A DNA stretch of 64,000 nt from an uncultured Actinomycetes bacterium (GCA_963704885.1 CAVPIB010000004.1:672001-736000), one strand, 5' to 3'; positions 49,348 to 60,066 are shown, counted from the stretch's first letter. Translations and numbers: made by a program. Notes: generated from the sequence alone by a model not told the origin.

Positions 49348-50708
49348 ATGACCGCCTCCGGCGACATCGACCGAGAACTGACTCCAACGCATCAAGGACC
49401 GCGAGGATGCGGCGTTCGTGGCCGCGCGTCCCGCGCTCGGCGGAGCTGTGGACGAAGGCGCGATCCACGATGCCGGACGGCGTTCCGATGTCGTGGCATC
49501 GGAGCTCGTACGACCATCCTCCGCTGTTCGTGGCCGAGGGCAAGGGCGCACGGTTCCGGGACGTCGACGGACACGAGTACTCGGACTTCAACATCGCGGA
49601 CATGTCGATGTTCGGCGGCTACGCGCCGGAACCCGTCGTCCAGGCGATCGCGCGCCGTGCGGAGCAGGGCACGCAGTTCCTGCTTCCCGGCGAGGACGCC
49701 CTATGGGTGGCCGAGGAGCTGGGTCGCCGTTACGGGTTGCCGAAATGGCAGTTCACGCTGGCTGCATCGCAGGCCAACACCGAGGCGATCCGCATCGCAC
49801 GCGTGCTCACCGGCCGCGACAAGGTCCTGTTCTTCGACGGCAAGTATCACGGCCACTTCGACGAAGCGCTCGTCGAACTGAAGGACGGCGCGCTCGTGCC
49901 CGAGGTGGCTGGCTTGCCGCGCGACGTCACCGCCAAGACCGCGATCGTGCAGTTCAACGACCCGGAAGTGCTTAGGCAAGCGCTGGAGCCGCGCGAAGTG
50001 GCGATCGTGATCACGGAGCCCGCGCTGACGAACAACGTGGGCTTGCTCCTGCCCGAGCCCGGGTTCCACGACGCCCTCCGCACGATCACCCGCGAGACGG
50101 GCACCGTCCTGGCCTACGACGAGACCCACACGCACGTCGTCGGTCCGGGCGGGCTCACGAAGATGTGGAACCTGGACCCCGACGTCGTCACCATCGGCAA
50201 GGCGATCGCGGGCGGCGTGCCTCTGGGCGCGTACGGCATGAGCGAGGCCGTTGCAGAGACGCTGCAGCATCCTACGGGCGGATCCGAGGCTGCGGAGTCG
50301 ATGACCGGGGGCACGCTGTTCGGCAACCCGCTCTCCATGGCGGCGGCTCGGGCGACGCTGGGCGAGGTCCTGACCGGTGACGCGTACGCACACACGCACG
50401 GCCTTGGCGCCGTGCTCGCCGACGGTATCGAGAAGGCGATAGGCGACGCCGGCTTGCCCTGGACCACCCACCGGTTCTGGCCACGCTCCGGCGTGACGTT
50501 CGCGCCGGCGATGCCAAGGAACGCGCTCGAGGCGTACGCGGCCAAGGACGTGCTCCTCAGCCTGACCCTTCGTGTGTACCTGGCCAACCGCGGAGTGTGG
50601 GAGGCGATCGTCGGGGCCGGTCCGACCTGCTCGGTGCCCGCCACGGATGAGGACGTGGAGCTCTACCTAGGGGCGTTCGACTCCTTCATCCAGGAACTGA
50701 CGGCCTAG
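49348..50708 (+). CDS. Class III PLP aminotransferase (GSA aminomutase-like), two N-terminal frameshifts
   Basis: GARFRDVDGHEYSDF, FDGKYHG, YDETHT, TIGKAIAGG, GGTLFGNPL. Confidence 0.88.
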
Positions 50709-50769
50709 GCCGGCGCGGTCGGGGCTCGGGTAGCCTCTGCCACAGAGGCAGATCTGGGAGGGATGCTCG

Positions 50770-51735
50770 ATGCGATTCCGTCGTCCGCTGCTCTTGGCCG
50801 CGTTGATCCTGGGTGCTTCGATCGTCATCGCCGCGCCGGCGTTCGGGGATCGTTTCGCGCAGGGGCCACTGCTGGACGAGCCCTTCGTCGTCCTGACGGG
50901 AGAGTTACGTCTGCCGGTCGGGAGCAGCGCCGACGATGCGATCATCTTCAACGGACCGGCCCAGATCGACGGAGAGGTTTCCGGGCAGGTCGTCGCGTTC
51001 AACGGTGACGTGATCGTCTCGGGAACGGTGAACGAAGGCGTCGTCGCGATCAACGGCCGCGTGTACCTGGACGACGGCGCCCATGTCGGCGGCGATGTCG
51101 TGTCTAGGTATCGGCCGGTGATCTCGGAGTCCGCGACCGTGGAAGGCCAGATACGACGAGCGGCCCGCTTCAACACCGACCTCGGCGACTTCGCCGTGGT
51201 CAGCCGGATCCTGGTGTGGTTGGCCACGTCGGTCTCCTCGTTCCTGCTGGGACTCCTGCTGATCCTGTTCGTGCCGAGGGCGGCAGACATCGCGTCCCGT
51301 ACCGCCACCGAACGGTTCGGCGCCTCGCTCGGCTTCGGTGCTCTCGCGTTCGTCGCGTTGCCGCTCGCAGCCGTCGTGGCGATCGCGATCCTGGTCGGCA
51401 TCCCGCTCGGGATCGGTCTGCTCCTCGGTCTCGGACTCCTCTACTGGCTGGGTTACACGGCGGGCGCGTACTCACTCGGACGCCGGCTCGTCGCCGCGCC
51501 CAAGCACAGGCTGCTCGCGTTCCTGGCCGGCTTCGCCATCCTGCGGGCGATCGCGCTGATCCCCGTCATCGCCGGCTTCGCCTGGCTGGCGGCGACCGTC
51601 TGGGGCCTCGGCGCCCTGGTCATCGCCGCGCGGGCCACCGGACGTGACGCGGGAGAGATGGCTCCGGTGGTCGCGGGCTCGACCCCGCCACCGCCCATCC
51701 CGCCACCTCCTCCGCTGACCACGCCGCAGCCATGA
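50770..51735 (+). CDS. Signal peptide, bactofilin-like beta-helix and multi-TM protein
   Basis: Repeats IDGEVSGQVVAFNGDVIVSGTV; about five TM helices; Pro-rich tail. Confidence 0.8.
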   Translation: MRFRRPLLLAALILGASIVIAAPAFGDRFAQGPLLDEPFVVLTGELRLPVGSSADDAIIFNGPAQIDGEVSGQVVAFNGDVIVSGTVNEGVVAINGRVYLDDGAHVGGDVVSRYRPVISESATVEGQIRRAARFNTDLGDFAVVSRILVWLATSVSSFLLGLLLILFVPRAADIASRTATERFGASLGFGALAFVALPLAAVVAIAILVGIPLGIGLLLGLGLLYWLGYTAGAYSLGRRLVAAPKHRLLAFLAGFAILRAIALIPVIAGFAWLAATVWGLGALVIAARATGRDAGEMAPVVAGSTPPPPIPPPPPLTTPQP

Positions 51736-52808
51736 CGCCGCATACGATCCCGCTGTTCCGGTTCGAGGGGTCGTATCGAGAGGTTGGAGAGCAGATCGGG
51801 GAGGCGTGCGGCGACGTTCTGCAGAACGCCGTGGCCTTTGATGACCGGCTACCCGCCGGACGCACCCGAGCCGAGCAGCTCACGCTGGCCGAGCGTTATC
51901 GGGCCTCGACCGCGGAGGCTATACCCTGGGTCCTGGAGGAGCTCGACGGCGCGGCCGTCGCAGCGGATGTGGATCCGCTCGCGCTGTTCGCGTGCACGGT
52001 CGAAGAGATCTGGTACCCGGCACGCTCGACCGCAGGTGGCGCCGCGCTCGACGGTCGTTGCAGCGACCTGGTCGCCGCACCGCCCGCTACCGCCAGCGGT
52101 CATGTGCTTGTGGCACACAACAACGACCTATCGCCTCGCTATCGCGACGAAGTGGTAGCGATAGAGAGGAAGATCCCGGGCGACCCCACCGTCTTCACGA
52201 TCGGCGACGGGGTATGGATCAGCGTCGGATGGAACTCCGCAGGCCTGTCGCTAACGGGCAACGAACTCTCGCCGAACGATGAACGGGTCGGCATCCCCCG
52301 CGAGATACAGGTCCGAGCGATGCTCCGCGACGATTCGCTCGACGCGATGATCGGGACGGCACTGCGTCACGACCGCGCGTCGTCCTATAACAACGTGCTG
52401 GCGTCTTCCGACGGAAGCGTGATCAACGTCGAGGGTTCCGCCACCAGGGCCGAACTGACCGAGCCGGACGAACGAGGCCACCTGGTCCACACGAACCACT
52501 ACGTGTGCGACGCGATGCTCCGCTTCGAAGGGGATCCCACCTATGCGAAGCGGTCCGCCGTGCGCTACCGACGTGCGGGGGAACTACTGGCTGAGCGGCC
52601 CGACGGAACGGTGACCGAGGACGACATGCGGACGATCCTCTCCGACCACGAGCACGCGCCGGACTCCATCTGCCGCCACGAGGCGGAAGGCGACGAAGGA
52701 CCCGTGACGTGCTTCTGGTGCGTCGCCGACGTGACCGACATGCGGATCACGTTCGGTCGCGGGAATCCGTGTGACTCGGTCGAGCAGGAGTACGTCTTCG
52801 CCGGCTAG
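51732..52808 (+). CDS. C45 family Ntn hydrolase/acyltransferase
   Basis: EELDGAA, GRCS autocleavage site, VAHNND, GWNSAGL..GN.L, HTNHY, SICRH. Confidence 0.9.
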   Translation: MTPHTIPLFRFEGSYREVGEQIGEACGDVLQNAVAFDDRLPAGRTRAEQLTLAERYRASTAEAIPWVLEELDGAAVAADVDPLALFACTVEEIWYPARSTAGGAALDGRCSDLVAAPPATASGHVLVAHNNDLSPRYRDEVVAIERKIPGDPTVFTIGDGVWISVGWNSAGLSLTGNELSPNDERVGIPREIQVRAMLRDDSLDAMIGTALRHDRASSYNNVLASSDGSVINVEGSATRAELTEPDERGHLVHTNHYVCDAMLRFEGDPTYAKRSAVRYRRAGELLAERPDGTVTEDDMRTILSDHEHAPDSICRHEAEGDEGPVTCFWCVADVTDMRITFGRGNPCDSVEQEYVFAG

Positions 52809-52896
52809 TCCTCGAGTGCACCGCGGATGATCGCGATGCTGTGCGTGTCCCCCGTCCTCGATGCTTGCCATGTGTCATCCTCCGTGCGAGACTTTC

Positions 52897-52917
52897 ATTT
52901 GCTTAGGCTAAGCAAAT
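52897..52917. promoter_or_regulatory. Perfect 10-1-10 inverted repeat, probable MarR operator
   Basis: ATTTGCTTAG-G-CTAAGCAAAT immediately before the marR start. Confidence 0.75.
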
Positions 52918-52918
52918 A

Positions 52919-53383
52919 GTGATGAGCTCGTCAAGGCGGACTTCTCCAGCGCGGGAGGTGGACGCGGTGGCCGACCGGTTGCATTCGGCCACGCTCCACC
53001 TCTTGCGCCGCCTGCGCGCCGAGGACGAGACCCTGGGTATCTCCGCTCCCCGCCTGTCTGCTCTCTCCGTCCTTGTGTTCGGCGGACCGCGCCGGATCGG
53101 CGAGCTGGCCGATGTCGAGCAGGTGGAGCCGCCGACCATGACGCGGCTGGTGGACGCACTGGAACGCGACGGATATGTCACGCGCACTCCCGACCCGGAC
53201 GACCGGCGCGCAGTGGTCATCCGCGCGACCGCGTCGGGGTCGCGAGCTCTGAAGAGAGGCCGGGCCCAGAGGGTGGAGGCTCTGGCCTCGACGCTCCGCA
53301 CGCTGCCCGCCGAAGAGCTCTCGATCTTGGCCGACGGCGTGGACGTGCTGGAGCGCGTGGTCGGCGGTCCTGGTGGGTCCTAG
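52919..53383 (+). CDS. MarR family transcriptional regulator
   Basis: LSALSVL, GELADVEQVEPPTMTRLVDALE..GYVTR.PDPDDRR. Confidence 0.93.
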   Translation: MMSSSRRTSPAREVDAVADRLHSATLHLLRRLRAEDETLGISAPRLSALSVLVFGGPRRIGELADVEQVEPPTMTRLVDALERDGYVTRTPDPDDRRAVVIRATASGSRALKRGRAQRVEALASTLRTLPAEELSILADGVDVLERVVGGPGGS

Positions 53384-54372
53384 TCGTTCGCCGCGTGCCA
53401 CGAGTCGAGCAGCTCACGTTCGCGTTCCGCGGTTAGCCCGGCCTTCATGGGTTCCGATCTATCTCGACCGCTGTCCCACGCGAGCGTGTCGGCGATCGTC
53501 TCGCGGAGCGGTCGGTAGGTGAGCCCGGCAGCGATCGCCCGGCGCATGTCGTACCGGTGCAGGCCCTGGTAGGGATAGTCGCGCAACGGAAGGGCCGCGT
53601 CGATATCCTCGCCGAGCTCGGCCTCCAGATGCGCGCGACCCACCCAGGTGAGCGACGGTTCGGCCCCGGCCACATCGCAGCCGAGCCGAAGGAACGAGCC
53701 CCACGTGAGCGGCTCCGCCGGACCCGTGACGCCGAAGAGGCCGGCCGTGCCCGATTCCAGGTGGTCCAGCATGAACGCCCCCAGATCGCGGGCGTCGACC
53801 ACCTGCAGATCGCCGTCCTCTGGACCCGGAGCCAGGATGTCGCCGCCTGTTCGCGCACGACGGAGCCAGTAGGTGAAGCGGTCCGTGGGGTCGTTCGGCC
53901 CCACGATGTATCCGGGGCGGATCACCAGGCACCGGCCGGGGAGCGCCGCCCGCGCCTCCAGCTCGCACGCCACCTTGAGCGGGCCATAGCTCTCTTCGGT
54001 GATCTCCTCGGTGTCGGGGAACGGCGGCTGGTGGACGGGCGTTTCCTCGTTCGCCCCCGCCATGGCGTCATCCGGCAACGCAGAGAGGCTGGACACGAAG
54101 CAGTACGTGCCGACCGCGTCGGACAACAGCCGGGCCGAATCGCGGACAACCCTCGGCACGTAGCCGCAAGTGTCGAGCGCGGCGTCCCAGGTTCGGCCGC
54201 GGAGCGCGTCGAGACCTCCGTCACGATCGCCGTGGATATGCTCGACCGCTGCCAGCTCGTTGGGTTCACGCTCTCCCCGGTGGAACACGGTGACGTCGTG
54301 ACCACGATCGACGGCCCCCTCGACCGCCGCGCGGCCGACGAACGAAGTGCCGCCGATCAAGAGCAACTTCAT
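53380..54372 (-). CDS. NAD-dependent epimerase/dehydratase (atypical SDR)
   Basis: IGGTSFVG, YGPLKVACE, RPGYIVGPND.TDRFTYW. Confidence 0.9.
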   Translation of the reverse strand: MKLLLIGGTSFVGRAAVEGAVDRGHDVTVFHRGEREPNELAAVEHIHGDRDGGLDALRGRTWDAALDTCGYVPRVVRDSARLLSDAVGTYCFVSSLSALPDDAMAGANEETPVHQPPFPDTEEITEESYGPLKVACELEARAALPGRCLVIRPGYIVGPNDPTDRFTYWLRRARTGGDILAPGPEDGDLQVVDARDLGAFMLDHLESGTAGLFGVTGPAEPLTWGSFLRLGCDVAGAEPSLTWVGRAHLEAELGEDIDAALPLRDYPYQGLHRYDMRRAIAAGLTYRPLRETIADTLAWDSGRDRSEPMKAGLTAERERELLDSWHAAND

Positions 54373-55566
54373 GGAGCGACCCCCTCTCCGGCGACGACGT
54401 CGCCGGCCTTCATCACCAGGTGGGGTGACAACAGAGCACCGATATCCTCGAGCGGGTTGCCGGCGTAGAGAACGACGTCGGCCTCCTTGCCCGGCTCCAC
54501 GGTTCCGACCAGAGGCAGACGCAGCAGCTCCGAGCCGCTAGCCGTTGCCGCCTGCATCGCCCTCAGCGGCGTCAACCCCCACTCCACCATGTGGATCAGC
54601 TTCGTTAGGCGCGCTGCCATGCGGGTTGAACGGAGTGCCGGCGTCGGTCCCGCAGACGTGTCGCACACCCGCACGGACCGCGCGGCGGAAGGAATCCCTC
54701 GCATCGGCCTCGAGCGCCTTGGCCTTCTCCACCGCGTACTCGGGAACCTGATCCGCGTTGTCGATGATCCCGCGGATCGCGCAGAGCGTGGGCGAACGGA
54801 ACGTCCCGCGCTCCTTCATCTCGCTCGCGAGCCGGGCGTTCACCTGGCTGCAGTGCTCGACCGAATCCACACCGGCGACGACGGCGTTCCAGGCGCCCTC
54901 GGCGCCGATCGCGTGCGCGGCCACGCCGCGCCCCCACTTGTGCGCTTCGTCGACCGCCGCGGCGAGCTCCTCGGGGGTGAACGCCGTGAACGTCGCGTCG
55001 ATCCCAGGCGTGAGTACACCGCCGGTCGCGATCACCTTTATGACGCGTGCCCCGCCCTTGATCTCTTCGCGGACCGCCCGACGGACGTTGTCGGCTCCGT
55101 CGACCTCGCGGGCCAGGGACAGGTTGTGGCCGTGGCCGCCGGTGACGGTCAGGGCCCTGCCGGCCGCGAGGATGCGGGGGCCCGGGACGATGCCCTCGTC
55201 GACCGCTCGCCCCACGTCGCAGATCGCGGAGTCCACGCCACCCAGATCGCGAACGGTGGTGACGCCGCGCGCCAGATGACGAGTGGCGTTGCGCGTCGCC
55301 TTGATCGCTGCCCTCGCCTGCGTGAGCCCGGCGGCCTCGCCCGCGAAGTCGGCCCCTCCATCGAACGAGAGATGGACGTGGCAGTCGATCAGACCGGGCG
55401 TGAGCGTGCGGCCGGAGCCCTCGATCTCCGAGGCGGCACGCGCGACCCTGGGAGCCCGAGCGTGCGAGCCGACCCACTCGATCGTGCCGCCTGCCACATG
55501 CACGCCCTGCTTCGTCTTGACGGTGCGTCCGTCGAACAGCGTGACGTTCGAGAAGTAGTGCGACAT
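54369..55566 (-). CDS. Metal-dependent amidohydrolase, frameshift near 54600
   Basis: PGLIDCHVH, GVTTVRDLG, IKVIATGG, AAHA, SVEH, GTDAG, GKEADVV..GNPL. Confidence 0.9.
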
Positions 55567-55937
55567 CACCGCACCCACTCGGGCACGGCCTCGGAGCCGT
55601 CGTCCCGGATCATCTTGTTGCCGGGAAGCATCGTGACGATGAACGACGCACCAGCCGGCCCTGCCGACATGGTGTGGCGAACCCCAACAGGAACAACGAC
55701 CGAATCGCCGGTGACCAGGTCGAACGTCTCTTCGTCGAGGTGGAAAAGGCCTCCCCCTGAAACAACGATGAACACGTCGAGGTGATCATGTCGATGCGCA
55801 GGAAGACCACCACCCGGCGGCATATCAACGCGGTAGAGCGCCACCTCGTAAGCGCCGCGGGCCGGTGCCGCGAAGCTCGTGATCGTGTTCCCGCCGAGCT
55901 CGAAGGTCGGGTGGTCTGAGGCGCGTTCGACGGGCAT
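55566..55937 (-). CDS. Cupin domain protein
   Basis: PAHRHDHLDVFIVVSG, GDSVVVPVGVRH; SD AAGGAG. Confidence 0.88.
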   Translation of the reverse strand: MPVERASDHPTFELGGNTITSFAAPARGAYEVALYRVDMPPGGGLPAHRHDHLDVFIVVSGGGLFHLDEETFDLVTGDSVVVPVGVRHTMSAGPAGASFIVTMLPGNKMIRDDGSEAVPEWVR

Positions 55938-55978
55938 GGTGCTGCTCCTTCCGGCGGGCGGTGCGACGGGCGGCAATC

Positions 55979-58900
55979 CTATCCGGTGAGCGCCGCGAGC
56001 TTCGCCCGGGCAGTGCCTGCCTGCAGCTCGTTGCCCTTGCCCTCGTAGAGCTGGATCGCTTCCTGGATCGCCGTGGCCGCCTCGTCGGGGCGGCCGGCGA
56101 GCTGCAGGACTTCGGCGAGCGCCATCCTGGCGTCGCCCCGCTCACTGGGGAAGTCGGTCGTGTCCATCTCAATGACAGCATCTCGAGCGATCCGCTCGGC
56201 ATCCTCGAAGAGACCACGGCGCGCGAGCACCATCGCCCGGACCGAGCTTTCCATCACGCGCGTCGACATGTCACGGAATCGCTCGGCGCCTCGATCAACG
56301 GCAACTTCGGCCTCGTCGTAGCGCCCCAGCTCGTACAGCGCCTGCGCGCGGATCGACCAGAGAACGCCGCCCACCTCCGACCCCATAGCCTCGAGCTCAA
56401 CCACCGCCACTTCGGCGAGGCGCTCGGCCTCTTCGAAATCGCCGGCGATGAGCTCCACCCACCCGATCATCTGCGTGGTGAAAGCGGCGGTCTCCCGACG
56501 CCCCAGCTCCCGGAGGAGCTTGTCGTATTCGTGGAAGATGGCCCGGGCTTCGTCGACGTTCCCTTGATAGGCCAGTATCCAAGCGATCGTCGCTTGCAGC
56601 TCCGATTCCGCCTCCACGGATCCGAGCACCTCGACCTCGTAGCCACGAAGCAGCCTGAGCGCTCCATCGCAATCCATCGGGCCGAGAAGGGGTATCCCGC
56701 AGAACCATCCGAAGCATTCCTCCGCCATGCGCCGGTCCCCGGCGCGTCGGAAATGATCCAGCGCTTCTCGCCAGGCGGGCTCTGCCTCATCCGATCGGCA
56801 GCGCTGCCACGCGCAACCGCCGATCACGTACCAAGCCCACGCCAGGCCCAGATCATCGTTAGCTGGCCCCGCGACATCAAGCAGCAGACGCGCGAGTCGC
56901 GCCTCCTCCTCCAGCCACAGAGGGTCGGTCATGACCACCCCTCTGTTGTGATGAACGAGGCGAGCGCGAGCTATGAGGACCTCCACACCCGTCCTCTCAG
57001 CCGTCTCGACCGCGTCCTCAAGGAGTGAAGTACCCACCGCTCGCCAACCCGCCTCGCGAGCCGCCAAGCCGGCGTCGATCAGAGCGTCGACCCGCGCCGG
57101 GTCGTCTGGCGACATCAGCTCGCCCGCCCGCTGCAGGAGGCCCGCAGCCGCCGACATGTCTCCGCGGTCGTAGGCGCGCCGGCCAGCCTCGCGTAGGTGC
57201 TTGGCAGCGCGCTCCGCCAGCGCGGACGCTCGGGCGTCCGCCGGACCAAGCTCTTCGAGCAGGCGGCTCGCTCGTTCGAGGTGGTACCCGGCGATCTCTT
57301 GTTGCTCCGCGATCCGGTCTCCGAGCGCTTCCTCAAGCCAGTCGGCGAACCGCACGTGGAGATCGGCCCGCAGTGCCTTCGGCACCTGGTCGTACGCGGC
57401 GTCTCGGATCAGGAGGTGCCGGAACGCAAGCGCCTCGACGCCCGGAAGATCCGAGCGTTCGGTCCTAACGAACTGCTTGCGCGCGAGCGACGAAAGCGCC
57501 GTTCGCGCCTGCGGCCCGTCGGGCCTAGATAGAGCCTCTACCGCGTCGGAGTAGAAGACGTGGCCGATGACGGAGGCACGTTCCAGGACGGCGCGTTCCG
57601 CAGGATCCAGCCGGTCGAGCCGAGCGGCGAGCAGGGCAGCGATCGTCGGCGGAACGACAACCTCCGCGAGGTCGGCTGCCGCGATCCACACACCGTCGTC
57701 TCGGACCAGGATCCCTTCCTCGACGAGCGTCGCGAGCATCTCCTCGGCGAACAGCGGGTGCCCTTCGGCTGCGGCCGCCACCCTTTCGCGCACGTCCGCA
57801 GCCACGTCGTCGACCGCAAGCAGGTTCGCGACCAAGGTCTCGCATTCCTCGGCCGTGAGGGGCTCCAGCGCGATCGCCGTAGCGTTCAGCTTTCCTCCCC
57901 CCCAGGCCGGCCGCTCCTCGAGCAGCTCTGGACGGGCCATGCACGCGAGTAGGATCGGCGCGTCTCGCGACCAGTCGGCGATGTACTCGATCAGCTCGAG
58001 CAGGGTCGGCTCGGCCCATTGGATGTCGTCGATCACGAACACGACCGGCCGGGTCGCGGCCATAGCCTCCAGGAGTCGCCGAACGGCCCAGAGCGTCTCC
58101 TCGGGCACAGCCTCGCCGCCAGCGCCGATGAGCTGCGTCATGCGATCGGCTATCCGGTCGCGGTCTTCATCCTCACCGAGCAGCTCGATCAACTTCCCAC
58201 GGATCTGGTCGGGACCGTCAGCGTCGGCGAGATCCGCTACATCTGCAACAGCCTCGACGATCGGCGAGAACGTGATGCCTTCGCCGTACGACAGGCAGCG
58301 ACCGCGGAGCACGGTCGCGCCATCCGCGAGATCGTCGACGAACGCCCCGATCAACCGCGACTTCCCGACCCCTCCCACGCCGAGCACGGTGAAGAGCTGG
58401 CACGCCCGGTCCGAGATCGCTCTGTCGAAGGCGCCGCGTAGCAGGCCGAGCTCCCTCGAACGCCCGACCATAGGCGCGTCGAGCCGCCGCACGAAGCCAG
58501 CCGCTCCGGGGATCAGGCGAAGGAGCCGAAACGCGGCGACGGGCTCAGACTTCCCCTTCAAGACGAGCGGATCCATCGGCTCGACGTCGACGGCATCTCG
58601 GACGAGGCGTAGGGTCGATCCGCCGATCAACACGTCGCCCGGCGACGCGACCTGCTCCAGGCGAGCGGCAACGTTCACGGGATCGCCCACTACGATGTGT
58701 TCGCTCGCTGCGCGGTTACCCACTATGACTTCTCCGGTGTTCACGCCGATCCGGATCTGCAGGGTCGCGCCGTAGTCTCGATCGAGCTCCTTGTTGAGGG
58801 TCGCGAGCGCCTCGCGCATGTCTTGGGCGGCTCGCACGGCCCGTAGGGCATCGTCTTCGTGCACGTGAGGCACGCCGAAAACGGCCATCACCGCGTCGCC

Positions 58901-59161
58901 GATGAACTTCTCGACAGCACCGCCGTGCGCCTCGATCGGCTCGCGCATCGCCTCGGAGTATCGGGAGACGACTCGGCGGAACGTCTCGGGATCCAACCGC
59001 TCGCCAAGCGCGGTCGATCCGGTCAGGTCGCAGAACAGGATCGTGACCGTCTTGCGGCTCTCGCGGGGCTCCCCCTCATCGACGCGCAGATCGGTGGCGC
59101 ACGCGTTACAGAACCGCGCGCCCACGGGATTCTCAGCTCCGCAGGTGGAACAGACCAGCAT
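55979..59161 (-). CDS. Zinc ribbon - class III adenylate cyclase - STAND AAA ATPase - TPR protein
   Basis: CSTC..CNAC, LFCDLTGST, EKFIGDAVM, GDPVNVAARL, GVGGVGKSRL, IDDIQWA, GHPLF; TACGCT-N7-ATG. Confidence 0.93.
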   Translation of the reverse strand: MLVCSTCGAENPVGARFCNACATDLRVDEGEPRESRKTVTILFCDLTGSTALGERLDPETFRRVVSRYSEAMREPIEAHGGAVEKFIGDAVMAVFGVPHVHEDDALRAVRAAQDMREALATLNKELDRDYGATLQIRIGVNTGEVIVGNRAASEHIVVGDPVNVAARLEQVASPGDVLIGGSTLRLVRDAVDVEPMDPLVLKGKSEPVAAFRLLRLIPGAAGFVRRLDAPMVGRSRELGLLRGAFDRAISDRACQLFTVLGVGGVGKSRLIGAFVDDLADGATVLRGRCLSYGEGITFSPIVEAVADVADLADADGPDQIRGKLIELLGEDEDRDRIADRMTQLIGAGGEAVPEETLWAVRRLLEAMAATRPVVFVIDDIQWAEPTLLELIEYIADWSRDAPILLACMARPELLEERPAWGGGKLNATAIALEPLTAEECETLVANLLAVDDVAADVRERVAAAAEGHPLFAEEMLATLVEEGILVRDDGVWIAAADLAEVVVPPTIAALLAARLDRLDPAERAVLERASVIGHVFYSDAVEALSRPDGPQARTALSSLARKQFVRTERSDLPGVEALAFRHLLIRDAAYDQVPKALRADLHVRFADWLEEALGDRIAEQQEIAGYHLERASRLLEELGPADARASALAERAAKHLREAGRRAYDRGDMSAAAGLLQRAGELMSPDDPARVDALIDAGLAAREAGWRAVGTSLLEDAVETAERTGVEVLIARARLVHHNRGVVMTDPLWLEEEARLARLLLDVAGPANDDLGLAWAWYVIGGCAWQRCRSDEAEPAWREALDHFRRAGDRRMAEECFGWFCGIPLLGPMDCDGALRLLRGYEVEVLGSVEAESELQATIAWILAYQGNVDEARAIFHEYDKLLRELGRRETAAFTTQMIGWVELIAGDFEEAERLAEVAVVELEAMGSEVGGVLWSIRAQALYELGRYDEAEVAVDRGAERFRDMSTRVMESSVRAMVLARRGLFEDAERIARDAVIEMDTTDFPSERGDARMALAEVLQLAGRPDEAATAIQEAIQLYEGKGNELQAGTARAKLAALTG

Positions 59162-59191
59162 CGCCCGCAGCGTAGCGGGGTGGACCTTCCG

Positions 59192-59647
59192 CTAGAAGGG
59201 TTTGAAGACCATCAGCCAGACGATCACTACGATGCCTGCGGTCTCGACCACCGCGATGACGATCGGCCTTGGGGACATCAGGAGCTCGGCGAGCTCGTCC
59301 GGAGTGGTGGTCGCGTCCTCAGCGACCGCCTTGCGAACCCGCATGTAGTACGGAACGGCGAGAGGGAAGGCGGCCAGGAGCAGCACCACCAGCAAGATCA
59401 GAGCCACCCAGATCCACGCTTGCCCCCACCAGTGACCCAGGAAGCCGCCGACGATGCCGGCGGCGAGCAGTACCAGCAGCGATACGTACATCCAGGGGCG
59501 CGTCGAGCGCGACAGGCCCAGGAGGGCGCGGATCTTCGCCGGGTCGCGCTCCTTCCGCAGGCGCAGCGCGACCGCCGCGGTCGCGCCGTGCGCCGCCAGG
59601 AAGCCGAACGCGCCGACCACGTGGACGAACCTCCACCACGGGTACAT
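59192..59647 (-). CDS. DUF2269-like integral membrane protein
   Basis: FVHV, four TM helices, C-terminal LMVFKPF. Confidence 0.8.
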   Translation of the reverse strand: MYPWWRFVHVVGAFGFLAAHGATAAVALRLRKERDPAKIRALLGLSRSTRPWMYVSLLVLLAAGIVGGFLGHWWGQAWIWVALILLVVLLLAAFPLAVPYYMRVRKAVAEDATTTPDELAELLMSPRPIVIAVVETAGIVVIVWLMVFKPF

Positions 59648-59669
59648 CAGCCGGCGGGCTCCTGTTCCC

Positions 59670-59942
59670 TCACACCTTGCCTTCCGCCTCGGCCTCCATC
59701 CGGTCCAGACGATCGTAGTAGTCGGGGAACTCGCGCAGATGCGCCCACGCGATCTTGCCCGTTAGGATCGGATCGTCGTCCGTCACGTTCGTGAGCGGGT
59801 CGTGCGAGCCGTGTTCGAGCTCGACCTCCATCCCCCGCCGGAACTGCTCAAGGTCGAACCCTACGCGCTCGAAGTGGATGCCGATCTCGGCGGCCACCGC
59901 CGTCGCCTGCTCCGCTGTGAACGCATCCTCCGCCGTGGTCAT
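59670..59942 (-). CDS. DUF5661 family protein
   Basis: EQFRRGMEVELEHG, TNVTDDDP..TGKIAWAHLREFPDYYDRL. Confidence 0.88.
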   Translation of the reverse strand: MTTAEDAFTAEQATAVAAEIGIHFERVGFDLEQFRRGMEVELEHGSHDPLTNVTDDDPILTGKIAWAHLREFPDYYDRLDRMEAEAEGKV

Positions 59943-60066
59943 GACCGCAACACCTCCTCAGTCTCCGGCAGCCTACTCAAGTGGCCGTCGGTGGCCTCGG
60001 GTACGATGCCCCCCGTTCGGCCGGGCCTTCGGACCCGGCCATGCGGTTCCTCCAGGGGGTGCGGAC

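Noticed and set aside
60019-60040. GGCCGGG-CCTTCGGA-CCCGGCC hairpin in the tldD 5' UTR as a riboswitch
   Set aside because: It is a single stable UUCG hairpin right after the predicted TSS, with no alternative structure or aptamer motif; probably a 5' stabiliser.
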